A stretch of 63,857 bases of DNA, the filler included, from Reticulomyxa filosa (taxonomy: Eukaryota; Protista; Foraminifera): assembly GCA_000512085.1 (NCBI GenBank). It is 13 parts of 13 records of this genome, joined end to end, with 100 filler letters (N's around TTAATTAATTAA, not from the genome) between each part and the next. Parts side by side here need not be neighbours in the genome. Positions count along the whole stretch, not along the records: positions 13,251 to 16,984 come from ASPP01013841.1; positions 17,085 to 19,300 come from ASPP01049393.1; positions 19,401 to 34,582 come from ASPP01005133.1; 10 more parts are not named here. One strand, 5' to 3'. Position 1 is the first letter of the stretch, and every line of letters starts with the position of its first letter. The notes beneath the pieces were generated by a model. It worked only from the letters and a program-made list of their open reading frames with translations, was not told where the DNA came from and ran no database searches. The translations under genes were made by a program, and so were the position numbers. Shown one piece after another: positions 13,394 through 25,400 of this stretch.

Positions 13394-16300
13394 CTCTTGC
13401 CTCGATTCGGCTAGCATCTCTGTGACTTGTTGATGACTTGTGATGAATGCCTTGGACTGGTCGTGCTGGGCTTGCGCGACGTGGAATTGGCGCAGCTGTT
13501 CCAACTTTGGACGTTTGAGCATGCTCGTGTCCAGCTCTTTGACAAGTGACTGCCGTCGCGTGCGTTTGAAGTGTTCAGCCTCTTGGACATCTTCGAAAGC
13601 TCCGTGCGGCACAATGCCTTTTTCTTGGAGCCAATGCTGACTCGGACGATGTTTCGAGTCAAGCTTTTTGTTTAAGATGTATTTTTTGTTAAGCTTCTCA
13701 AGTTCTTGTTGTTGTTCGGCGACCAGAGCATCGTGTCGCGCAAACTCCCTTGGAATAAGTCCCCTCTCCGTCATGGTCATTTTCGAAGGTCGCAGAGACA
13801 AGCGATGGTTCAAATGGTCCCTGGCCGAGGACGGGTCCACGGACGAATCTTCAATTTCCTTTTGGACAATGCCTTTACGTATCAAAAAGTCTTCTGGAGG
13901 TCTCTCTTCCAAGCCCTCTTGCAATTCGCGTGCGACGGCATGCAGGCCAGAGGACAGTCCATGTTCGCTGTTGACAGGATAGTATAGATATCCCGAGTCG
14001 ACCATGTCTTGGGCGTCTCTTCGCATCGCCAATTGAAATTTCAGGTGATGTTCCAATGTGTGTCTTTCGAGGTCCGCTTTGGCCGAGGCATTGGCCATCG
14101 CATCTTTTGTTGGATCAAACGACTTTCGCATAATGTTTTTCTCTTGCAATTCCGAGTACTCGGGCCTGTTTTTCTTACTCAGCTTGTCTTCTAACATCGA
14201 CTTGGTTTGCGCTTGTGGCAAAGGCGGCTCTCCTTTTTTCGATGCCTTTTGTTCCAATCGTTCCAATTGTTCTTTAGCTTCGTCATATTGCTTTTTTTAT
14301 TTTTTTAAATCAATTAAAAATTTTTAAAAAAATTTATATATAAATTTTTTTTTAAAGTTGAAATTGACAAAACTAAAGCTTTTTCTAAAAGTCCTTTTGC
14401 GACCATTCTAGAGTATTCAGGCCTTTTGGCCAAATGTGCTGTCAAGTCTGCGACGACAGATATCCTCCGTCGTTGCTGTGTGGCCATCGCTTGCTCTGCG
14501 CTGGCAAAGTAGCCCTGAGGCACGACTCCTCGCAACTCCAGATCCATCATGGTTGGCCTTCTTTCACGCTTCAATTGGCTTTGCAATTGGTCTTTGATTT
14601 GATTTTTCCTCAAGACGATACTGTTGTCATTGTCATCATTGTCATCATTGTCGTCGTCGTCGTCAATGGACTTGGCCACGACATCTTTTTGCTGCTCCGA
14701 TAAACTGTCGTTTGCATTCATGTGCAAAATACCCATTGCTCGGATATCGTCAATCGACTTACGACGTTTCAGCTTGTCTTGCAATGTGTTGGCATTGTTT
14801 TGGATCGCCGGTGCCATTTCGGAGGAAAACAATATTTGCTTACTCACCAAATCTTTTTGAGTAGGCCGTTTCATTATTCGATCTTCCAACTCGGCCACCC
14901 TCTGCATTTCATATTCCAAGTCTATGTCCAACTCCTCATCTTCCTTCGTTGTCTCCAGTTTTTTTCCTCCTTTGCTGTGTTCGGGTCCAGTTTGTCCACT
15001 ATCCCTTCTGCTACTACGCCCACGTAGTCTGGTCTTTCCAGTAATTTTTGTTCCAGTTCTTGAATTATGCTTTCTTTTCTGCGATGACCGGAACGGACTT
15101 CTTTAGCCTTTTTTTTTTTCCCCCCCCCCACACCATATTAAACTAATTATAATCAAATAATAATAAAAAAAAATGTATTTGTTTAATGAAACAGTGCAAA
15201 GACCCGTGTTGCAAAGTATCCTTGCGGGACCACTCCAATGGTTTCCAATTTTTGAAAGGGGTTGTACAATTCTTTGAGCTGCTGCGACAAAGAACGAACG
15301 GTCCCTTGTCGCAAAGCTCTGACAGCCTCATCGGCCATGTGTTTGTCCATTTGCAGGTACTCTTCCCTGGTCAGCCCCCTTTGGACCAATTCTCTGGGCG
15401 TCGCGCGGTTCACCATGCGTTGCTTTAGATCTTCTTTCGCCAAGCGCATGCGAATTTCCTTCAGCTCGACAGCAGACTCGGAGTCCTCAAAGTAATCTCC
15501 TTCGGAGGGGATCACATTGCGTTGCTGCAGTACCTGTGGAGTGGCTCGTAATGACAGTCGCCTTTCGAGTTTATTGATGACATTGGCTCGTTTTGCAGGA
15601 AACTCCTACGTATACAATTATGTGATTATATACATATATGCATATATGTATATATGTATATATATATATTGTTTACCTCATAATCATCATTCACACGCAT
15701 GGGTGAAATGGCATCAATGTTGATATTGAACACGACGGCTTGAAGGAATTCGTCGTTTTCCAGCAAAAAAAGAACGCCCTTGCAACTGCTTTTGCAGAAC
15801 GCCGGCGATGCCTTGCAACGCATTATCCAAGTCCAGCCGGGCAGGTAACACTCCTTTCTTTTGGAGATAATGCTCCGTCACGCGCTCTTTCAAGCGCTCC
15901 TGCAACGTTTGCGCGGGCGCGTGCAGCGCCGGGGCGAGACGCTCGCTCAACGCAATGCCGTCATCGACCAGATTTTGATAGTCTTTTCGTCCCGTCAATG
16001 CCTGGTTCAATTTGAAACTCATGTGTTTCCGACTCACCGCTTTGGCCGCCCCGACAATCGATGGAGCCAGTTCGTTTTTGAATCCGCTGTCTCGAGCAGT
16101 CCTGCGATTGTTTGAGGAGGAGACGTGTTCTGTATTTTGTTGTTGAATTCGAGTTTCCAGTGCTTCTGCTTGAGGTTGAAGTGAGTCAGCCTTTATTATT
16201 ATTATTATTGTATGTTGTATGTTGTTGATGTTTGATATATATATTTTGTACACCTTTTTTTTTTTTTCTAAACTAAAGAGACCCTTCGAACTAATCCCAA

Positions 16301-16867
16301 TATTTCCATCTGTTGTTTTGCCATTCGATTTTCAATGCGATCTTCCAACTCAGTTGCAGCAGGTTGCAATCCTCTTGCAATGTGAGCGTTTTTGAACACC
16401 CCCTTTTGTCCCAGTTCACTGATACTTTGCCTGTTTTTTAGCAATTTCTCCACGGCCATTGATTGACGTCGCCGTTTGCCATCCTCATCAATATTTGTTA
16501 CGTCGTTGTTGTTCATTTCAATATCGTTGTTGAAACTGTAATTATGATTATGATTATGATTATGATTATGATTATGATTGTGATTGTGATTTGGGTTTCT
16601 ACAATTGGGCTCGTGACACAACGTGACATCCGGGTAAATCTCTTCCACATGCTTCATAATCACTTCGGCAAACTCTTGCGCTCTTTCATTGGGAAATGGC
16701 ATCTGATCTTTCAAATCGCCCACTGCGCTGGAAAATCGACTGTGTTGCGAAGCCATTTGCTTCAATTGGCTGAAAATCGCCTCGTCGTTTTCGCTTGCAT
16801 TGGCCATTGGCGCCGAGTGTTCATTCGGACGCTCTCCTTCTTCTTTTGCCACAGCCACTTCCTCCAA
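13394..16867 (-). CDS. Poly-RPEL (G-actin-binding) repeat protein with about 17-18 RPEL-like motifs; partial, multi-exon
   Basis: Repeated L..(K/R)L..RP...L..(K/R)G(I/V)(I/L/V) motifs, e.g. LERRLSLRATPQVLQQRNVIP, LEQKLLERPDYVGVVAEGIV, LEDRIMKRPTQKDLVSKQIL, RPTMMDLELRGVVP, RPEYSELQEKNIM, LEERPPEDFLIRKGIV, LSLRPSKMTMTERGLIP, RPSQHWLQEKGIVP. Confidence 0.85.
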
Positions 16868-17084
16868 TTTGCTCTATCGTGTGGAATCAACACCCTTTGT
16901 GCGTGTGTATGTTTGTGACAGTGATATTGGACTCCATCGGACCAAACATATATGACACATGTGACAAGGAGACGAGAACAGGGGNNNNNNNNNNNNNNNN
17001 NNNNNNNNNNNNNNNNNNNNNNNNNNNNTTAATTAATTAANNNNNNNNNNNNNNNNNNNNNNNNNNNNNNNNNNNNNNNNNNNN

Positions 17085-17200
17085 TAACATATTTTGCAAT
17101 TATTTTGTTAAATTCATAAATCCATCATATTTTAATCATCGAAAGCCGAACCCAATGTATTACTATTAAATCTGCTTCTTAATTTGTCTATTTTTTTAAA
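17085..17200 (-). pseudogene. Degenerate fragment of the lineage-specific helical leader found before WD40 repeats
   Basis: The minus strand reads EADLIVIHWVRLSMIKI*WIYEFNKIIAKY with an internal stop. It resembles EVQIILKNWLHCESINWGWIEDFCKIIYEF of the WD40 gene at about 46293-46389. Confidence 0.5.
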
Positions 17201-18109
17201 TTTGTTCAAAAAAGTAAAAATATTTCATATTTATATATATACATTTTGTCTAGTTTACCGAATATAATTTCTTTCGACGTCTCCAATACTTTTTTCTGAC
17301 TCTTTAATTCCAAAATAAAGCATCATCATCACCATAACTTTGATTACCATGACTTATCTTGTATAATGATTGTTGTTTTCATTATTGTGGTATTTGTACT
17401 CTTGATGTTGATACAAACTTTGTCTGCTATACTGATAATCACGATTTTGCTTGTAAACCTGACTGTAACAAAAATTCGAAGTTTGTCCATACGCAGTAGA
17501 AATTCTTTTATGAAAAGTTCTGCTTTTATTCCTTGCTTTGATATTATAAAAAGTTGCATTTTCATTTTCTCCAAACTCGTCGTATGTATATAGTTTCCAT
17601 AACGTAATCTACGACCTCGTCCTATTCGATTATTAGGTTTTGATTTGGTAAATTCACTTGCATTCCTTACTTTCCAACTTGACATTTATAATGTTTATGG
17701 ATGAATTGTCAAAAAAAACGTATAGATTTTTCTTAGCGCTGTCCCCCCTCTCAGGCTTTGTTTGAATAAGACTGAAGAAATTGGAAGTAAAAATTAGATA
17801 ATAAAATATTTCTCAATTATAAATCCGTGTATAAATAATATCACATAAACAAACCATTATGCAATATGACTCTTTTTTATTTTGAAATCTATTTGTTATT
17901 ACACTTAATTCAAAGTTGTTATTCCATTTGCAATACACGATACAAAGGATATAATAATCACATATGCAATCCAAATAGTGGAATTAAAGACAAAACCAAG
18001 ATTAAAATAATGATGACTCACGATATTAATCAATCAAATGAAAAAAAGAAAAAAATGAACTGATAAAAATATACAATATTTTTATAAGGAATTCATTATA
18101 TTTTTTTGC

Positions 18110-19300
18110 CTCAGACAAATTTATACAAATTGAGAAAATAAACTTATCAATACCAATACAATTGACATTAAAAAAACAATAAAAAATAATTCGTTACAGT
18201 CAATTACAGAAATATTGAACTTGTAAACAATAAAAAATTAAAAAAGAATAACTTCCCCTCCCTACTCTGATTTTATTAAAATCAGTAAAAAAAAATATCA
18301 AATTCAGGAAAGACTAAAAAGAAATGGAAGAAAAATATTCAGAGGAAACTCGTGTTAATGAAACCTCAAAAATAAGTGCAATAAACAAAAATCTAAAGCG
18401 ATATTACCAATCACAAAACAAGCTGATTCCATTATTTGATGATCCTGGACAACCTATTGATATTTGCTACATTCGATTGGCTCTTTTGACTTAACGGCAG
18501 TTTCAACAACAAAAAGATAAAATGAAAAACAATCCAGAAACGCAAAAAAGTAAAGAAAGTAAAAATGAAGGAAAAAAAGGAACAGATTTATGAGAATAAA
18601 CATAAAAATTATAAAGAAGAAAATAGAAAATGGCTAAATTCATTAGACTATTCATTAATCTATGCAAGACAGTTGGAAAGAAAAGCAACATGAATTAGAG
18701 TTATGTTATATTAGTATTCGAGAAGAAGCAGGGAGTGGAAAAAGTGTATTGTCTCAAATGATTGCATATTTATGAGGAAATGATCAGATGTGGAATTACC
18801 AATTTCAATACTTGTTGCATATTCCTTTGAGAAAAATTGTAAATCTTTTTCATCACATAAATGAGATGATGATAAAAGTAATAATGATATTGAATACTTA
18901 TGGTCAGCCGTTATCAATGAATTACACATTTCACAATGGGATACAGACGATACTAAATACATTATATATTCAACAAATGAATTATTACTATTAGATGGAT
19001 TTGATGAAATTCAAATGAAATTGAAAAAAACGACCTTTTAAAACAATGACTGCAATATTGCACCTTAAATAAAAATTATTGTATAATAATCGCAAGTGGA
19101 CCCAATGCAACATGTTTGTATCTAAACAATCCAAGAATGTTAAATATCATTGGATTTCAGTCACAAGACATTCAAAATTATGTTTGTTATTATTTTAAAA
19201 ATATTAATGCTAACAATGAATCAGATGTATTAATAAAAAAATTGAATAATAATCCATCTTTGTATTTGAGATTATTTTGTTATTTATCAAGACAAAATAA
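18110..19300 (+). pseudogene. NACHT (STAND NTPase) domain pseudogene
   Basis: YYQSQNKLIPLFDDPGQPIDICYIRLALL, a damaged Walker A (REEAGSGKSVLSQMIAYL*) at about 18720, FQYLLHIPLRKI, Walker B LLLDGFDEI at about 18985-19010, and LNIIGFQSQDIQNYV. Multiple stops and frameshifts. Confidence 0.8.
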
Positions 19301-19400
19301 NNNNNNNNNNNNNNNNNNNNNNNNNNNNNNNNNNNNNNNNNNNNTTAATTAATTAANNNNNNNNNNNNNNNNNNNNNNNNNNNNNNNNNNNNNNNNNNNN

Positions 19401-22400
19401 CAGTCAATCCGGACGAACTTGTTGTCTCTGGCCAAACGCAAACCCAAGAAAAGGACAAAGATAAATCAAAAGAGGAACACAAACAGAGTAAGAGGGAGCA
19501 TCAAAGAAGTAAAGACAAATCAAAGAAACATAAGAAATCCAAAGACAAACCAATCAGCGAAGAAAGAAAAAAAGTCTTGGAGGCTTTTCAAAAGTTACCA
19601 TTTTTAATGAATAGAAGTGAAGGGCACGAAAAGAAAAAAATTACACATAAATGCACATACACACATATACATATATTGTATATAGGAACCCAGAACGATT
19701 TATGGAAGAAAACAAAGAACATTACATGAAACAAGTATTGTCACTATTGCGAGAAATGTTCACTCAAGAAGCAACCGAAAATGGAGTGGACCCCACGACA
19801 TTGGATTTGGAAACAATGGCGACGAATGGAATGCGCCAAGTGGTTGCAAGTGGTCGATTGTTCGAAATAGTTGCAGAGATAATTTTGAGAGAAGACGACA
19901 ACGATAAACCCAATTTGAACACCAATCAGCAGATATTGGAAAGCGTGTTGAGCGATTCCAAATTGCCACCTTGGATAAAAGAAGAAATGTACGTGGAGGA
20001 AATGTTATGCATCAACAACAAGTGCAGCAGCAAAGATTCGAACAAGAATATGGTGGAAAGCCGAAAACCAATGCGCCTTCGATGCGTGGTCTTTTCCAGT
20101 CTTCGAGCTTCGCCCAGCAACAACAAAAGCCTCATCGCTCTCCTCCAAAAGGTAAATTTATTCGAGTTCCAGTTACTCCTTTGATCTCCGATCCGAACAT
20201 TGAGAAAAACGCTCTTTCAACAGGAAATGGTATGTATGAACACAGATACAATTTGTGTTATTGATTATTGTTATCATTTTTATGTTTTGTTGCAATTATG
20301 TAAGACCATTTTTTAATGGTTTGTACGCCAATAGATTCGATCATGGCACAACTGTTTTTGGCTTCTCAATGGGCTGGACTCAAATTGTTGTGCTATCAAT
20401 GTTTATCGTGGACTCCACCCGACAATGTGAGTCTTCTTCTCTTTCTCTTTTTAACAATAAAATAAAAAAATGAACTTATAATGTGTATGTGTATGTTCAT
20501 TTCCATTTCTTATGTGGATACATTACACAGACACGAAACGCCAATGCACAAAAAACATCGAATACGACACTTACCAAAGTTCGCATTGATCACACCCACC
20601 GATTCATTGCACAGTCGTTGTTGAACTTGTTGAAAACAATATTGAATAGCATGTCTCGGTATGTGTGCTGTGTGTTATATGTGTGTGCTCTTTTGTTTCG
20701 AATAAGCATAAACAAATGCAATGTGGTCTGATTCAACACGTACAAATGCGTTAGCAATGGCCATTCCTACACGGATCGCGTAATATCAAAAAAGTGCAAT
20801 GCTTCTGTCCGAAGCATTTTTTCGTTGTTTGTGACATTTGGAAACGGCAGTTTGTCCAGTGAAGAGAAGAAGACATTATTCCCATTGGTTTTGCATGTCA
20901 TTTTCAATTGGGAAAAGTTTACATTTGACGTATTCCAATTGGCGATGAAGCTGTCACGTCGACTTGTGACCTGGATTGAGCCCACGTTAGTCAATGTGCC
21001 CGTGTTGGACAAAACGGGTCCGATAAACCCGTCCTCGATTGTGAAGCGATGGATCGAGTTGATTGGAGAGATTACGCACCGCAAGGCAGAAACCCCATCG
21101 AAAGAGGAGATTGCCTCCAATATGGTTGTGTCTCAATTCACGCAGGCCTCTATTCGCAAGGCCTCGTCGATCGTATCGTCTGTCCTGCCCATCGACGAAG
21201 ACAACGCCATTGCTCAAGCGATTGCCGAAAGTACCGCGATCGCCACAGCTGAAAACAAGGCCGGAGATAAGATCGAAGACAAAGTCGGAGACAAGGAGCA
21301 AACCAAAAAATCCAAAAAATCGAAACGTCGCAGCAGCTTGCTGTTGCAATCCGCAGCCGCGACAGTCGCACAAGCACTGCCGACCCGACGATTTTGTGTA
21401 GTGGCCCAAGGACAAGAGAGCAGCAAAGTGTGGAAAGAGGTGCTATTGTCACCCGAGTTTGAATTTTTGTTGCCAGAAGACAAAGACGGGGGAATGCATT
21501 ACTGTGACACGGACGAGGAAGAGTGGACCGAAGAGGATACAGATACGGATGATCCACTCCGAGGAGGCATTCCTACGCCCAGTCTTTTGGATCTATTGTT
21601 AGAAAATCCCGAGTTGCAAAGGATCGCCGCGGAATTGGAAAGGGAAAAAGAAAAAGCCCCAATGGCGCCTTCCTTGTCGCAATTGGGAAAAAAACCAGAA
21701 ACAGCCCCTCCCCCTTTACCAGTAAAACCACCTTCTGAGGCCGGCGCAGAGCCAAAGAAATCAGAACAAAAGGAAGAGAGAGACGACGAAAAAAGCCAGA
21801 GTCGAAGAAATTGATCATTGCAGACGAACCAATTCCTCCGACGTCACAGTCACAACAGGCGCCAATGGCTTCGAAATTAGACGAAAAACAGTTGCAACAG
21901 CGCTTGGACGATCTGAAGAAAGCGCTCCCGGAGAAAAAGAAAACTTTAGAAGACGAAAAAGAAGAGGTAATTAAAAAAGTTCGAACCACGGTTTTATTGC
22001 GATATCAAAAGGAAATGCGAGAAAAGAGAAGAAAAGAAGAGGCGGAAAAGCAACGACAAGTCCAAGGAAAGCTAAAACGCAGAGAAATGCGATTGCAACG
22101 AAAAGCGAATGCAATTTCACAAAATCAAAAGCTAAGCAAAAAAGAATGGGCAGAAAAAAGTCGAAGAGGATATCAATTGCGACAACAATTTATTGTTGAT
22201 TGGAAGTCAGTCGAGCCTTTGGCAAAAGCCAAAAAGCAGCTCCGAGATTTCCAACACAAACAAAAAAAGGAGGAAAAGAAAAATTTTATTGATGGAAAGC
22301 TTGCCGAAATTGAACAGCAAACCAAAGAAGAAACCGAAAGGGAAATTGAACGATTGGTTGCCGCACAATCTGCTTCCGGATCCACCGAACCAAAAAATGT

Positions 22401-25400
22401 AGTTATGTTTTCAAACATACACATATACATATATAATATATGTATATGTATACATATTTACACGTGCGTGTGCCAAAAAAAAATGGTATTGTTGTCAACA
22501 GATAAGTGAGATCAATGCGATAACAGTTTCAAAACCGGAAGAGAAAAAGAAAAAGACACAAATGATAACAATGCAACGGCACCAATGCCACCAGCACCAA
22601 TGCCACCAGCACCCTTACCTCGTCCACAAGAGCAAGCCCCGCTTCCAGCGCCAATTCCAATTCCAATTCCAATTCCAATTCCAATTGCAACGTCAACTCC
22701 TGCTGAACACGAAAACCAAAAGGAAAAGGAGGAGAAAGAGCCGATTCAGAAACCACGGACGCTGTTAGCCAAAGTCGTGACGGTCGATCCCAAAAACATG
22801 TTACGAGTGGTAAAAGACAAATTAGGGGTGGTCAAATCCGAAAGGGGTTGGACGTTGGACTGTCGCAACGGCTTTGCCACAGCGATTTGCAACTATGGCT
22901 TTTCTTCGGGACGGTGGTATTACGAAGTGTACCTCGACACCCCAGGCCTGAAGCAACTTGGCTGGGTGACACCAAATATCGATTTCAGTCCGGAAGGCCA
23001 AGGAACAGGCGACGATGCATATTCGTGGGCGTACGACGGCTTCCGTCGTCGCAAATGGCATCGCAAAGACGAGGCGTGGACCACCACCAAGTGGCAACAA
23101 GGAGACGTTGTGGGCTGCGCAGTGGATTGCTATCGCAAAGAAATGAGGTTTTATTTGAATGGAGTGGATTTGGGCGTCGCATTTACCAACGTTCGAAGCA
23201 AAGATGGTATATTCCCTTCGCTGACATTGCAAAAAGGAGAAAAGTGTACATTCATTTGCGATATGAACCACTTTTATTTCCCAATCCCTCAAGGCTATGC
23301 ACCTTTGATCGGCGACGACGCCAGATTGCCCTATGCGCTTCGAGCGCGATTGACCGCGGTCAATATCACGGAAATGATCCAACAGCAAGGTTTGTACGTA
23401 CTCTTCCCGCAAGGCGATTTTGAAAAGTGCTGTCGATTAGCCCAGGAGTTTTCGCGACTGGGCGCGGCCGTAAGTGTGCTGCCGCGCTCCTATGTTCCGG
23501 CCTTGACAATGAGTGGGACAGAACCCAATGTGAGTTCGGAAAAAAATACCATGAACAATCAGACCCAGCTCATCTTTAGTGGCAATGCCACCAGAAGCGT
23601 CGTGAGTGAAATTGTGGCGCTGCTGCGATGGCTCTTGCAACGTCCGCAAGACAATGCGGCCTCCAATGATAATACCAGCAGTGGCAGTCGCATGAAAAAA
23701 TCCATGTCCACACCCAGTTTCCACCAAGCCACCGCTAATGCCAATATAAATCTCACTGTCAATGAAAATCTGTCTGTAGAAGGCCATAGCAACAGCGATG
23801 GCCTGACCTTCCCCACGCAAATGGCAAAGAGCACCAGCATTATCTCGGCGATTAGTGAAACATCGCGGTAAGTGCAATGACTGGAACATACAGTTTGGAT
23901 TGGCAGCAGATTGCATTGAATGTGTTGGTTCAAACCTTGAAGGTATGTTCCCCCTTTCTCATTGGAATTTCCCTATGATTATATTATTACATCACACACA
24001 CATACACGATAAATGACCATTGGATTGCGTTCTTGTAACTATTACCAATGATAGAGTGTAAACACCAAAGACGATTTTGCAGGATTCACCGGTGCGCTGT
24101 GCGTGCTGGGAGGATTCCGCGAACCATTGCGCTGTGGCGGCTTTGTTCGTGTCGAGGCTGGCAGTGGCAAGAAGAGCTCAACAGAGACCGCAGTTGTGGT
24201 GAAAGCACCACCCTTCCATGATCGATTGCATGTCGTGTTTCACAAGAAACGAGACGTGATATGCAACACAACCAGCACCATTCGCATCAACGCTAAAAAT
24301 GTTACGCCGGTCAGCGAATTCTTGCCTATTTTTAACCTTTTGAGCGAAAATCCGGAAATATTTGACACGCTGGTGGACATTGTTCGCTGTGATCCATCGT
24401 TCGCAGTATTGTCTTCTCCGGAACAACCCTGGCTGAATCTGTTGCACTCCAGTCGCAACCCAAGAACATTACCAATGTTAACAAGTTCTATCACTTTGCC
24501 TGCTGAAACTCCACTCGCGTATGTTTTGACGCAAAAAAACGAAAAATGACACAAAATTGATGGCAGAATTGAATAGGCAAATGAATCGAAATAAATGAAT
24601 AAATAAATGGAATAAAACAAAACAAAACAAAAAAAAGCATAAGAAACTTAGTTGCAATGATATGCATATGTATGTGTGTGTATATGTATGCGGATCAATT
24701 TACAGAAAAAGTGACGACGAACTCAAAGAGTTGCATGAAGAAAAAACTCCTTTACCAATACCATCTCCAGAAAGCAAGAAAGAAAAGAAGAATGGCGAAG
24801 ACTCGAGTAACAGCAGTCTAGAGCTATCTGCGATATTGAGTGAGCTTCGATATCGAGCAATGGGTGTCGTGGAATCGCTGTTGTCATCGTCTCAGTTGGG
24901 CAGCTTGAGTCCGCAATTGATCGACAAAGCCGTGCGTCTATTGTTGGAAAACGCAGTAATGAACAACACACGACGAAGCAAATTGCCCAGTGCCGATGTG
25001 GAAGACACCATGTTACAAGCACTCCTCTTGCAAGATCGTTTGTGGGAAATTGAAAACCTGATGCTCCCTTGCTTTGTGCAAACACCCTTGGCGCCAATGC
25101 AAATACTACACGAAAAAGATATGGACGACATGATGACGACGGAAAAAGCGGCTCAAAAAATATGGGTGCATTCGAGACCCTTGTATCAGTATGACAAAAT
25201 CGACACTGGTGACAACAAGAATAATTTGTTGCGTTATTATGATAAGCACATTTTACCGAGACTACAAGATCATTTGAAGAAGTATTTCCAGCCCTTTGAA
25301 ATAGCAGATTACACCATGCAATTCCGAAAGCCATTGCAAAGCGGCGACGAAATGACCCCGTTCCAAGTGGCATGGGTGCTGTGCAACAAGCGAGTACCCG

